From an uncultured delta proteobacterium (lineage in GTDB: Bacteria; Myxococcota_A; Polyangia; Palsa-1104): a DNA stretch of 64,000 nt. A program made the position numbers and the translations under genes. Positions 31,588-41,108 of this stretch are shown in pieces. Numbering within the stretch: position 1 is the stretch's first letter; each line of letters begins with the position of its first letter. The notes beneath the pieces are model-generated. The model saw only the letters and a list, made by a program, of their open reading frames with translations. It had not been told where the DNA came from and ran no database searches. The stretch spans positions 32,001-96,000 of the forward strand of contig CAWAWS010000015.1 of assembly GCA_963785725.1 (NCBI GenBank). Direction: 5' to 3'.

Positions 31588-31706
31588 CAAAACCAGTGGC
31601 GCATGTCCAGGTTGTTTCTCATGCGTTTCCTAGCGGTTAAAACCGACCGATGAGGGCGACAAGAGGCTCGAAAGCGAGGCGCGACTCTGAAACCCTCAGT
31701 CGCGTG

Positions 31707-32687
31707 ATGCCCTCGAAGGTGCCGCCCGTGTTGTCCGCCGTCGCGCCCGCCGAGGACGTCGACAGCGACGCGATTCAATTTCGCCGCATTCACGGCTATC
31801 GACGCGCGTTCGTGAAGGTGGGGCAGGGCCCGGTGCTGCTGCTCATTCACGGCATCGGCGATTCGTCGGACACGTGGCGACCGATCATTCCGCTGTTGGC
31901 GCGCGATCACACGGTCATCGCGCCCGATCTGCTCGGCCACGGCCGCTCCGACAAACCGCGCGCCGACTATTCGGTCGCCGCCTACGCCAACGGCATGCGC
32001 GATCTGTTGACCGTCCTCGGCGTCGAGCGGGCGACGGTGATGGGGCATTCGTTCGGCGGCGGCGTCGCCATGCAGTTCGCCTATCAGTATCCCGAGCACT
32101 GCGAGCGGCTGGTGCTGGTGGCGCCCGGCGGCATCGCGCACGAGGTCAATCCGTTATTGCGGATAGCATCCGCTCCATTGGCGGACCTGGCGCTGCCGCT
32201 GCTCGGGTGGCGGCCGACGCGTGCGCTCGGCGGGCTGTTCATGCGCGCGCTCGGCTGGCTCGGCACCGACTTGGGGCGCGACGCGGGCGACATGCTGCGC
32301 GTGTTCGACGCGCTGCCGGACGCGACGTCGCGGCGCGCCTTCGTGCGCACGCTGCGCTCGGTGGTCGATTGGCGCGGGCAGGCGATTACGATGCTCGATC
32401 GGTCGTATTTGACGCGCGGGCTGCCGACGCTGCTCTTGTGGGGGACGCACGACGCGGTGGTGCCGTTCGCGCATGCGCATCAGGCGCACGCGGCGATGCC
32501 GGGCAGTCAATTGGCGATCTTTCATGGCGCCGGGCACTTCCCGCATCATCACGACCGTGACGGCTTCGTTGCCGTGCTGCGGCAGTTCTTGCGCGCCGAG
32601 CCGGCGGCAGCGATCGGGGCCGATGAGTGGCGCGACCTGCTGCGGCGTGGCCGTCCCGGCTGCGAGGACGTGGCCAGCGGCAGCTGA
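31707..32687 (+). CDS. Alpha/beta hydrolase
   Basis: LIHG, PDLLGHG.S, GHSFGG nucleophile elbow, WG..D, AGHFPH; start uncertain (31650 or 31707). Confidence 0.92.
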   Translation: MPSKVPPVLSAVAPAEDVDSDAIQFRRIHGYRRAFVKVGQGPVLLLIHGIGDSSDTWRPIIPLLARDHTVIAPDLLGHGRSDKPRADYSVAAYANGMRDLLTVLGVERATVMGHSFGGGVAMQFAYQYPEHCERLVLVAPGGIAHEVNPLLRIASAPLADLALPLLGWRPTRALGGLFMRALGWLGTDLGRDAGDMLRVFDALPDATSRRAFVRTLRSVVDWRGQAITMLDRSYLTRGLPTLLLWGTHDAVVPFAHAHQAHAAMPGSQLAIFHGAGHFPHHHDRDGFVAVLRQFLRAEPAAAIGADEWRDLLRRGRPGCEDVASGS

Positions 32688-32810
32688 ACGTCCGGCCTCT
32701 TCGCGAATCCCGACGGTAGCCGCTCGCCGATGCGACGGATTTTGCGAGCCAACGTTCCCTTCGGCCACGCGACATGACTCGATCCGTAATCGCGGCAGGT
32801 GAAGCCGTTT

Positions 32811-33024
32811 CGACGGATGGCGTCCGCTATAACGTCGGTATCTCCAGTCGACGGAGAGCGTCCGCTATAACGTCGGTATCTCCAGTCGACGGATTGCGTC
32901 CGCTATAACGTCGGTATCTCCGGTCGACGGATTGCGTCCGCTATAACGTCGGTATCTCCGGTCGACGGATGGCGTCCACGATAACGTCGGTATCTCCAGT
33001 CGACGGATGGCGTCCGCTATAACG
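32811..33024. repeat. 38-bp tandem repeat, 5 full copies plus a 24-bp partial copy
   Basis: Unit CGACGGATGGCGTCCGCTATAACGTCGGTATCTCCAGT at 32811, 32849, 32887, 32925, 32963 and 33001, with few substitutions and no spacers. Confidence 0.97.
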
Positions 33025-33130
33025 GCATATCGTCCTGGTCTGTAAATTGTGATGGAATCCACACGAATCCTCCGTTGGCACGAGCGCAGGCATCACCGCA
33101 GAGCGGCACTCGTGAACCGCCGCGGAGCAC

Positions 33131-33254
33131 GATCGCCGCAGGAGTGCCAGTTGGCGATCGCCGCAGGAGCGCCAGTTGGCGATCGCCGCAGGAGCGCCAG
33201 TTGGCGATCGCCGCAGGAGCGCCAGTTGGCGATCGCCGCAGGAGCGCTAGTTTG
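33131..33254. repeat. 25-bp tandem repeat, about 5 copies
   Basis: Unit GATCGCCGCAGGAGCGCCAGTTGGC at 33131, 33156, 33181, 33206 and 33231. Confidence 0.97.
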
Positions 33255-33316
33255 ATGGGTCGCGCAATAGCGGGAAAAGCTCGTGTATCGATGGAGTAGC
33301 GCTGATTCGGCTGCGT

Positions 33317-33367
33317 CCGTTATAGCGGTCGAACGATCGGTGGTTGACTGGCATCCGTTATAGCGGA
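33317..33367 (-). repeat. Two inverted copies of the 38-bp-array core
   Basis: CCGTTATAGCGG (reverse complement of CCGCTATAACGG) at 33317 and 33355, 38 bp apart. Confidence 0.85.
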
Positions 33368-33542
33368 TAATGAATTCTTCGAGGTGGCTTTGCTTGCCGG
33401 AGTGGAGAGCCACGCTTCGCGCTGTTGCTGGACGCGGAGGCCCGGAAAGCGGCGGCGCTGTCGGGGCTCGTAACGCGCGGCGCATTGGCACTTGCACTGG
33501 GACCGGCGCCGGCGGCATTGGAGAACGAGAAGGAGAAATGAC

Positions 33543-33956
33543 GTGTTGAGCTCGTTGTGCGGCGGCCTTCTCATCGGTCTGGCGGCCGCGTTGTTGCTCA
33601 TGGGCCACGGCCGCATCGCCGGGATCAGCGGTGTCGTCGGTGGGGCGCTGACGCCTCGCGCCGGCGACCTCGGCTGGCGGCTCTTGTTTCTGGCCGGCCT
33701 CGTGGGCGGAGGCGTCCTGTTCGCGCGCTTGGCGCCGGCCGCGTTTCCGGCGCACGTCGACGGCTCCGCGCTGCGCTACGTCATCGCCGGCGTCTTGGTC
33801 GGCTTCGGCACGCGGCTCGGCAACGGCTGCACGAGCGGTCACGGCGTGTGCGGGATCGGGCGCTCGTCGGTGCGCTCGCTCGTCGCGGTCGCCACGTTCA
33901 TGACGACGGGTGCGGCGGCGGTCTTCGTCCTGCGTCACGTCGTCGGTGGCCGATGA
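33543..33956 (+). CDS. YeeE/YedE sulfur transporter family protein
   Basis: [27 protein letters not shown] start with SD AGGAG. Confidence 0.93.
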   Translation: MLSSLCGGLLIGLAAALLLMGHGRIAGISGVVGGALTPRAGDLGWRLLFLAGLVGGGVLFARLAPAAFPAHVDGSALRYVIAGVLVGFGTRLGNGCTSGHGVCGIGRSSVRSLVAVATFMTTGAAAVFVLRHVVGGR

Positions 33957-34384
33957 AGGCGCGTTGGCTCTATGTCGTCGCCGGCCTCCTCTTCGCCGGC
34001 GGGCTGACGCTCTCGGGCATGACGCAGCCCGCGAAGGTGAGCGGATTCCTCGACGTCGCCGGCGCGTGGGATCCCAGCCTCGCCTGGGTCATGGGCGGCG
34101 CCGTCAGCGTCTATTTCGTCGCCGATCGCCTGGCGCGCCGACGGGCGCGGCCGCTCTTCGCCGCGACATTTCCGGCGCGCCCGTCGTCGCGCGTCGACGG
34201 GCCGTTGGTCGCGGGCGCCGCGCTCTTCGGGGTGGGCTGGGGCTTGAGCGGCTTCTGCCCCGGCCCGGCGCTGGTTTCGGTGGGCGCCGAGGTGAATGCG
34301 GCGCTGTGGTTCGTTCCGGCGATGCTGGCCGGCATGGCGCTCCAGCGCCTCATCGCGCCGCGCCCGACCGCTGGCGACGACTGA
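33953..34384 (+). CDS. YeeE/YedE partner subunit
   Basis: GL.LSGMT.P.KV.GFLD..G.WDPSL, FG.GWGL.G.CPGP; ATGA overlap. Confidence 0.93.
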   Translation: MKARWLYVVAGLLFAGGLTLSGMTQPAKVSGFLDVAGAWDPSLAWVMGGAVSVYFVADRLARRRARPLFAATFPARPSSRVDGPLVAGAALFGVGWGLSGFCPGPALVSVGAEVNAALWFVPAMLAGMALQRLIAPRPTAGDD

Positions 34385-34948
34385 TCTTCCTCCGCCGAAT
34401 TCTGCGCTTCCGCATCCGTTGGAGCGATGCGGAACAGGGATGCGGATGAACGGCGGGCTGACGGAGGACGACGACGGCGAGTGGGGACGAGTCGCCGCGA
34501 CGGGCCTCGGGACGATTCGTCGTGCAGCGAATGACTTCGACGCGCAAACGCGGCGGCTGCGGCGCCTCTGTCAGCGGCCGAGGTCTGCGCGCTTGCGATC
34601 GAGATCCTCGGTGCGCGCTCGACGGTTGCAGAACCGGTCGCCGCAACTGCAAGCGAGCGATCCCGCACGGGTCGAGTCAGTCGCTTGCGAAGAGACATTC
34701 GCCCCGTAGACCGATCCGCTGCACGCCGATCGCAAATCCACTGTGACGACTGAAGCGGCGGATTCGTCGAGCCTGCTGTCCGCCCGAGCTTGCGTGTCGG
34801 GGCTGCAGTAAATGCGCGGTGAGCTCTTGAAGCTGCTGCGACGCGTCGTAGCGGCGGCGGCGTCGTCGCCTCGGTCGCCGACCCCGCCAGCGGCAAACGC
34901 GCACGGCTTTTGCCGGCAGCCGCGCGCGTTTTGCCGTACATTCCGCGC

Positions 34949-35740
34949 ATGCGCTCGCTCGCCGCCGTCCTCGTCGTCACCCTCGCCGCCGCGCTCGCCG
35001 GTTGCCACAAGCCCGACCCCGCCTGGGCGCGCCCGTCGTCGCGCCACCTCGGCGACGATACGATCGCCGGCGCGCCGCTCGACATTCCGCGCGCCGCCGC
35101 CGCGCCCGTCATCGACGGCAAGCTCGACGACGCCGCCTGGACCGCCGCCGCCGAGCTCGGCCCCTTCGTCGACGTCGGCAACGGCCGCGTCAGCGACCGC
35201 CATCCCATCGCCACCTTCGCGCGCCTGACCTACGACGACCGCGCGCTCTATCTCGGCGTCATCGTGCGCGACGCCGATCCGACGTCGCCGTTCACGCGCG
35301 ACGACGAAGATCCGCACGTGTGGGGCAAGTCGTCGGGCATCGAGCTCATGCTGCAGCCGGGCGATCCCAACGACAATCACGACTACTACGAGCTGCAAGT
35401 CGACGTCGCCGGCGCCGTCTTCGACAGCCACTTCGACGACTACAACCAGCCCATCACCGGCAACGGCCCCTTACGCGTCTACGGCCATCAGGAGTGGGCG
35501 AGCGCGGTCGAGCGCGCCACGTTCGTCGAGCGCGGCCGCTTTTATGCCGTCGAAGTGGCGCTGCCGTGGGCGTCGTTGGCGCCGGCGCGCGTGGCCGTGC
35601 CGCCGCACGCGGGCGACGTCTGGCGCGTCGAGCTGTACTCGTTCCGCGACGGTCAGCGCCTGTCGCTCGGCTGGTCGTCGATTCGCGGGCAGGGCAACTT
35701 CCATCGCGCCTCCCGCTTCGGCCGCGTCCGCTTTCAATAG
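34949..35740 (+). CDS. Lipoprotein with CBM9-like sugar-binding domain
   Basis: Lipobox LAGC; PVIDGKLDD.AW, YDDRALY, YYELQV, VEVALPW. Confidence 0.8.
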   Translation: MRSLAAVLVVTLAAALAGCHKPDPAWARPSSRHLGDDTIAGAPLDIPRAAAAPVIDGKLDDAAWTAAAELGPFVDVGNGRVSDRHPIATFARLTYDDRALYLGVIVRDADPTSPFTRDDEDPHVWGKSSGIELMLQPGDPNDNHDYYELQVDVAGAVFDSHFDDYNQPITGNGPLRVYGHQEWASAVERATFVERGRFYAVEVALPWASLAPARVAVPPHAGDVWRVELYSFRDGQRLSLGWSSIRGQGNFHRASRFGRVRFQ

Positions 35741-35805
35741 CCGCCGCGTCCGTTTCGATCGTCGCCGAGATTGTCCTCGAGGCGCCGATCGGCTTAGCTG
35801 TGACG

Positions 35806-36816
35806 ATGATGACCTCCGCGCCGCTCGAGCGGCTCCTGTGCGCGCCTTTGCTGCTGCTCCTCGTCTCGCACGCCGCCGTCGCGCAGGCGGCGACGCCGAC
35901 GCTGGCCGAGGTCTGCGCCGACTTCGGCTGTGACAGCGACGGCATCGCGCGCGCCCAAGCGGGCAAGATGGTCGACTTGAAGTCGGGCGACGCGTCCGAG
36001 CGCGATCTGTCGGTGGGCTTTCTGTTCATGGTCAAGCGGCCGCCGGCGGAAGTGGCGCGCCTGTTTCGGCAAGGCAGCGACTTCGGCGTCGACGGCAACG
36101 TGCTCGCCGTCCACCGCTTCGGCGGCGCCGGCGCGGCCGCCGACTTCGCGGCGCTGTCGCTCGGCGCGCATGGCGCCGACGAGGCCAAACGCTACGGCTC
36201 GGCGCATCCCGGCGACGAGCTCAACCTCTCCGACGCCGAAATTGCCACGTTCGCCGCGCTCGGTGCCAACGCGTCGCGAGCGGACGTCGAAGCGGCGCTG
36301 CGCCGGCAGCTGCTCGCGCGCTATCAGGCGTATCACACGAGCGGGCTCGCCAATCTGGCGCCCTATTCGCGCGGCAAAGGGCAGCAGCGTCAGCCAGCCG
36401 ACGAGCTGCGCGCCGTCTTGCAGCAGGCGACGCCGATCGCGCGCAAGTACGCGCCGCAGTTCCTGTCCGCGCTCGTCGATTATCCGCGCGGACGGCCGAG
36501 CAGCGTCGAGGAGACCTTCCACTGGATCGTCTACAACCTCGACAACCGCCCGACGGTGACGCTGCGCCATCGCTTGACGATGCCCATCGGCGACGGCCTG
36601 GTCGCCTTCGACCGCGAGTTCTACGTCGCGCACGGCTACAACGTGATGCAGGCGTTCGGCGGCTTACTGCCCATCGAGGGCGGCACGGTCGTCTTCTATC
36701 GCGCGCACACCAACACCGACCAAGTGGGCGGCGCAGCGACGGCGATGAAGCACAACATCGGGCGCAAAGTGATGGCCAAGCAGCTACAGAAGATCTTCGA
36801 GCACTTCACGAAGTAA
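35806..36816 (+). CDS. Secreted hypothetical protein
   Basis: Signal peptide ending AQA; coding-like codon bias; REFYVAHGYN motif. Confidence 0.7.
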   Translation: MMTSAPLERLLCAPLLLLLVSHAAVAQAATPTLAEVCADFGCDSDGIARAQAGKMVDLKSGDASERDLSVGFLFMVKRPPAEVARLFRQGSDFGVDGNVLAVHRFGGAGAAADFAALSLGAHGADEAKRYGSAHPGDELNLSDAEIATFAALGANASRADVEAALRRQLLARYQAYHTSGLANLAPYSRGKGQQRQPADELRAVLQQATPIARKYAPQFLSALVDYPRGRPSSVEETFHWIVYNLDNRPTVTLRHRLTMPIGDGLVAFDREFYVAHGYNVMQAFGGLLPIEGGTVVFYRAHTNTDQVGGAATAMKHNIGRKVMAKQLQKIFEHFTK

Positions 36817-36954
36817 CCGCGCCTTCGAATGTGCAGGCTCGGCCGCGACGCGCGACGCGGCAGGTTCGCCATGGGCGCGCCCAACGTCCACCGTCACGGT
36901 GTTTCAGCGACGGCGATTGGCGCTGCGAGCGACGAGTCTTCGCCGCGGGTGCGT

Positions 36955-37680
36955 TCAGCGGCAGGCGAGGAGGGCGTCGACGCAGCGGCCGCACTTGGCG
37001 TCGGCGGCAAGGGTGACGCCTGCGGCGTCGTCGATGCAGGCGCCGCCGTCGCGACCCGTCGGGCTGACGCCCGATTGCACGCAGTAGTTGCACTGCGAGG
37101 TCGACGCGCACGCGCCGCCGCCGCCGCCGGCTTCGGCGCAGGCGTCGCGGATGCAGTCGACGAGCGTTTGCAGCTTGGCGCGGCCGTCGACGCTGCCGGC
37201 GGCCCAGCAGCGCTGCGCGTCGCCGTCGCTGCTGACGCCGTTCAGGCAGTCGACGAGCTGCGTGCAGCCGAGCGCGGCGCCGCCGGTGACGGCGACGGAC
37301 GCGGCTTCGGTCGCGCCCGGCGCACGTGCGCGACTGCCGCACCCGCTCGCAGACGCGACGAGGATTCCGCAGCACAGCGCGCCCGCGATCATGAGGCGCG
37401 TCGAAGCACGACGACGAGCCGATCCGACGGCTCCCGCGCGTGCCGAGCCGACCATCGCGTGCCGTGCCGGGTCGACCGTCGCGCGTCGAGCGTGACGGAC
37501 CATCGCGTGCCGGGCCGAGCCGACCAGCGCGCGTCGAGCCAAGTCGAGCATCGCGCGTTGAGCCGGACCGACCAGCGCGCGTCGAGCCGAGTCGACCATC
37601 GCGATACCTGCTGGGTCGACTGCTTCATTGCGCGGCGAGACCCTCGCGCCGTGCGTGACCTTGCGTCGCATCGCGTTCAT
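36955..37680 (-). CDS. Cys-rich lipoprotein, possibly with a repetitive N-terminal extension (alternative start 37392)
   Basis: ASGC lipobox then multiple CxxxxxC/CxxC; ATG at 37680 overlaps the stop of the adaptor gene. Confidence 0.55.
   Translation of the reverse strand: MNAMRRKVTHGARVSPRNEAVDPAGIAMVDSARRALVGPAQRAMLDLARRALVGSARHAMVRHARRATVDPARHAMVGSARAGAVGSARRRASTRLMIAGALCCGILVASASGCGSRARAPGATEAASVAVTGGAALGCTQLVDCLNGVSSDGDAQRCWAAGSVDGRAKLQTLVDCIRDACAEAGGGGGACASTSQCNYCVQSGVSPTGRDGGACIDDAAGVTLAADAKCGRCVDALLACR
37420..37620. repeat. Degenerate 24-bp tandem repeat (about 8 units)
   Basis: Units like GCCGAGCCGACCATCGCGTGCCGT; reads ARxA(M/L/T)V(G/D)x on the minus strand. Confidence 0.7.
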
Positions 37681-38954
37681 CCCGGCGGCGGCGGTCCGCC
37701 GCCACTGCCCGGCGGCGGTCCGCCCGGCGGCGGTCCGCCCGGCGGCGGTCCGCCCGGTGGCGGTCCCATCATCGGCCTCGCCTTTTCGGGCGGAGGCAGC
37801 AGCAGCGCCTCGCCCGCGCGCACGTCGCCCTCGAGCAGCTCCGTCATTCGTCCGTCGCTGACGCCGAGTCGCACCGGCAGCGCCGTCGGCTTGGTGTCGC
37901 GGACGGCCCACACGATCCGCGTCGCGCCCGCCGCGGCCAGCGACGGCCGCGGCCACGCCGGCGGCGCCTTGAAGCGCAGCGCGCCGTTCGGCACCGCGAT
38001 CACGTCGTCGCGCTCGGCGTACACGAACGTCACCACCGCCGTCATCCCCGGCCGCAGCGCCAGCTCGGGATTGGCGACGTCGACGACCGTATCGTACGTA
38101 ATGACGCTCGACGTCGTCGTCGCCGCGTTGCGCACCTGCCGCACGACGCCCGCGAATTCCCGGCCCGGATAGGCGTCGACGCGAATCGTCGCCGCCATCC
38201 CCGTCGCCAGCTTGGCCACCTCCGCTTCCGCCACCGACGTGTCCACCTGCATGCGCCGCAGATCGCCGACGATCGTGTACAGCGTCGGTGCCGTCAGCGC
38301 CGCCGCCACCGTCTGCCCGACGTCGACCGAGCGCGACAGCACGGTGCCGTCGATGGGCGACACGATCGTCGTATACGCCAGGTTCACCGTCGCCTGCGTC
38401 AGCTGCGCCGCCGTCGCCGCGACCTGCGCCTGCGCGACCAGGAGCTGCTGGGCCGCCGAATTCATCGTCGCCTCGGCCGCGTCGAGATCGGCCACGGCCA
38501 CGAGGTCGTGCGCGCGCAGCTGCGCCAGCCGCGCATACTGCCGCGCGCTGTTCTCGGCCTGCACCCGCGCCTGCACGCGCGTCGCCTGCGCTGCCGCCGC
38601 GCTCGCCCGCGCCTGCTCGACCGCCGCCGCGTAGAACTGCGGATCGAGCCGCGCCAAGACCTGCCCTCTGCGCACGGGCGCGTTGTAGTCGACGAGCAGC
38701 GCCGCGATCCGCCCCGACACTTGCGCGCCCACGGCTACCGTCTGCGTCGCCGAGAGGGTGCCGGTCGCGTTCACGCGCGCGACGAGCGGCCCGCGCTGTG
38801 CCGTCGCCGTCGTCCACGACGCCTCGGGCGGCGCCGCTTCCGTCGGCCACATGACGCCGCCGATCACGACGACCAACGCCGCCGGCATCCATCGCCAACC
38901 GATCTTGAGCCGCGCCGCCACCCGCCGACCATGCGCGTCCGAGGTGCTCGCCAT
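37677..38954 (-). CDS. Efflux periplasmic adaptor subunit (MacA/HlyD family) with C-terminal GGPPP repeats
   Basis: VGAQVSGRI..L.VDYN..V.RGQ.LA.LD, I.SPIDG.V, LRPGMTA, VPNGALRF. Confidence 0.93.
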   Translation of the reverse strand: MASTSDAHGRRVAARLKIGWRWMPAALVVVIGGVMWPTEAAPPEASWTTATAQRGPLVARVNATGTLSATQTVAVGAQVSGRIAALLVDYNAPVRRGQVLARLDPQFYAAAVEQARASAAAAQATRVQARVQAENSARQYARLAQLRAHDLVAVADLDAAEATMNSAAQQLLVAQAQVAATAAQLTQATVNLAYTTIVSPIDGTVLSRSVDVGQTVAAALTAPTLYTIVGDLRRMQVDTSVAEAEVAKLATGMAATIRVDAYPGREFAGVVRQVRNAATTTSSVITYDTVVDVANPELALRPGMTAVVTFVYAERDDVIAVPNGALRFKAPPAWPRPSLAAAGATRIVWAVRDTKPTALPVRLGVSDGRMTELLEGDVRAGEALLLPPPEKARPMMGPPPGGPPPGGPPPGGPPPGSGGGPPPPG

Positions 38955-39236
38955 GTGGTCCGCGCGTGCAGAACTGTGCGCCGCAACGCGGAGGCGGCTC
39001 GACGCACGTCATCCGACAGCCGCTTCCGCCGGCCAACGGACCGACGCGGGGTCGGTCGACACCTGCGCCCGTTTTGCTCGGCGAACAGACCATGTCCGGT
39101 GTCGTTCGACACGCCTTATTCGGTTCTCAAGTCGCACCTCCGGTGGTCGATAGAGCTAGGCCGTGCGCAGCCTTGTACTTACGCGCACAGCGATTTCAGG
39201 CCGCACCGACTTACGATGCGGCTGGGAGAATTCTCG

Positions 39237-39485
39237 ATGCCACCGCCGCGCAGGCGTCCCGCAGACATCATCGCCGAAGGAATCGGTCGCTATCTCGGTC
39301 CCCACATGGCGCGCAACGCGGTGAAGACCTTCGCCGCCAAGGCGCTCGGCCGCGGGCCGGAGACGATCGTGGCCTCCGACGTTGCCGACCTCTTGCAGGC
39401 GATGCGACCGATGTTGCGCACGCTGCTCGGCGCCACCCAAGCCGAGCTCGTCGTACAACAGCTGACGAAGGAAATCGAATCGTGA
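39237..39485 (+). CDS. Small hypothetical protein
   Basis: 82 aa, YLGPHMARNAVKTF..LRTLLG; overlaps the next gene. Confidence 0.7.
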   Translation: MPPPRRRPADIIAEGIGRYLGPHMARNAVKTFAAKALGRGPETIVASDVADLLQAMRPMLRTLLGATQAELVVQQLTKEIES

Positions 39486-40270
39486 AGTACCGCATGTTGT
39501 TGCTGCTCCCGGTTTTTGCCGCGCTGGCTCTCGTCGGCGCGCTCGCGCTCACCCCGACCGCCGACCACGCGCGCGTCTACTTGATCGAGGTCGAGGTGGC
39601 CAAGGCGAGCTCGCTCGTCGGCTGCCTGCTCGCCGCTTGGCGCTTCGGTCGCGGCGACTACTTGCGGCGCGCGTGGCTGCTGCAGGCGCAGTGCTACCTG
39701 CTCATCCTCGCCAAAGATTTCCTGCAACATACGTTCGCTCCTTCGCCGCGCATCGCCATCGCCAGCGGGCTCCTCATTCTCGTCGGCAACGCCGGTCAGC
39801 TCGTCGGCACCGTCATGATCGCGCGCGTCTGGCGCGTCGCCGGCTTCGACCTGGCCAGCTCCACCGCCAAACGCATCGTCGTCGGCCTCGCCGTCGCCAT
39901 CGGCATCTTCGCCGGGGGCTACATGAGCCTCACCAGCTTGCGCTCCGTCCTCTCCGGCAACTTGACCGACATCGTGCACTTCGTCTCCTCGGTCGCCGAC
40001 ATCGTCTCGTTCGCGCTCATCGCTCCCTTCCTCATCACGGCGATCGCCTTGCGCGGCGGCTCGCTCGCCTGGACGTGGACGCTCTTGACGGCGTCGCTGC
40101 TCGGCTGGCTGCTCTTCGACGCGACGCTCTCGTTCGCGCCGCTCTTCCTGTCGAGCGCCGCGCACGTGCACGTCTTGTCCGAGCTCTTCCGCGTCGCCGC
40201 CTGCGCGTTCGGCATGGGCGCGGGTATCGCGCAGCGCTGGGCCATCAGCCGTCGCGCCTCCGTCCCCTAG
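39482..40270 (+). CDS. Multi-pass membrane protein
   Basis: About 7-8 hydrophobic helices; GTGA overlap with the upstream stop. Confidence 0.75.
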   Translation: MKYRMLLLLPVFAALALVGALALTPTADHARVYLIEVEVAKASSLVGCLLAAWRFGRGDYLRRAWLLQAQCYLLILAKDFLQHTFAPSPRIAIASGLLILVGNAGQLVGTVMIARVWRVAGFDLASSTAKRIVVGLAVAIGIFAGGYMSLTSLRSVLSGNLTDIVHFVSSVADIVSFALIAPFLITAIALRGGSLAWTWTLLTASLLGWLLFDATLSFAPLFLSSAAHVHVLSELFRVAACAFGMGAGIAQRWAISRRASVP

Positions 40271-40311
40271 CGCAATTCCCGATCGATATTCGCGCGACGC
40301 TCGGCCGAGCT

Positions 40312-40944
40312 TCAGGGCGGCTCGCTCGTGCGCAAGATCGCCTGCAGCTGCTGGCGAATGCGCGACTTGCGACTGTAGATGGTGTTGACGCTGACGCCCC
40401 AGTCGCGCGCGATCGCCTCGGGCGGCTGCTCCTCGTCGACGCAGCTCGTGAACAGCGCGCGATCGCTGCGCGACAGGCGCCGCACGGCCGCCCGCGCGCG
40501 CGCCACTTCTTGATGCTGCTCGAGTCGATCGGCCGGCGCGGCGGCGTGCGTCGCCAGCTCCTCCTCCAGCACGCCGTCGAGCGCCAGCGCCTCGGCGCGC
40601 GGCGCGCGCAGGTGGTCGATCGTCACGTGCGTGGCGACGAGGCCGATGAACGACGTCAGCCGCGAGCCGCGCCGCGCGTCGTACTGCCGCAGCTTGCGCA
40701 GGTCGTCGCGCAACAGCGCCACCCACACATCGTTGACGAGATCGTGCGTCTCCACCGTCGCCGCCGCGCCATAGCGTCGCAGCGTGCGCGTGACACAGGC
40801 CGTAATCAGCGGCGCGAAGCGGCGCGACAGCTCGTGACAGCGCCGGCGCCGCTCGCGCTCCGTCCGCGCCCGCAACAAGGCCCGTAAGAGCGCGACCTCG
40901 TCCCGCTCGTCGTGCTGCATCGGCAACCGCTCGACCTGCGCCAT
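40312..40944 (-). CDS. ECF-type sigma-70 factor
   Basis: DLVNDVWVALL (region 2); LS..DR..IA...GVSVNTIYSRKSR (region 4). Confidence 0.88.
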   Translation of the reverse strand: MAQVERLPMQHDERDEVALLRALLRARTERERRRRCHELSRRFAPLITACVTRTLRRYGAAATVETHDLVNDVWVALLRDDLRKLRQYDARRGSRLTSFIGLVATHVTIDHLRAPRAEALALDGVLEEELATHAAAPADRLEQHQEVARARAAVRRLSRSDRALFTSCVDEEQPPEAIARDWGVSVNTIYSRKSRIRQQLQAILRTSEPP

Positions 40945-41108
40945 GACCACCCCCAACCTTGCTGGTTCGAGTCGTTATCGGAGCGCGGGCCGGAAAGTTG
41001 CTGGGTGGCGCGCGAATTTTTCAAGCGCGCGAAAACGGTCGACAAAGATGAGGGTGCTGCGCGCGATTCGCGCTCGTCGGCACGGCGCTCGGCGTGCGAT
41101 GGTGCAGC

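Noticed and set aside
32811..33254. CRISPR array
   Set aside because: Units are head-to-tail with no unique spacers, and there are no cas genes in the window
32865..33299. Short ORFs across the tandem repeats
   Set aside because: Periods of 38 and 25 bp are not multiples of 3; the translations just cycle through frames
33014..33328. Integron attC site (TAAC...GTTA inverted cores)
   Set aside because: Cores are ~300 bp apart, do not fit RYYYAAC/GTTRRRY well, and there is no integrase or cassette array
34385..34940. Gene or ncRNA in this gap
   Set aside because: Only low-complexity ORFs; no recognisable tRNA or riboswitch structure
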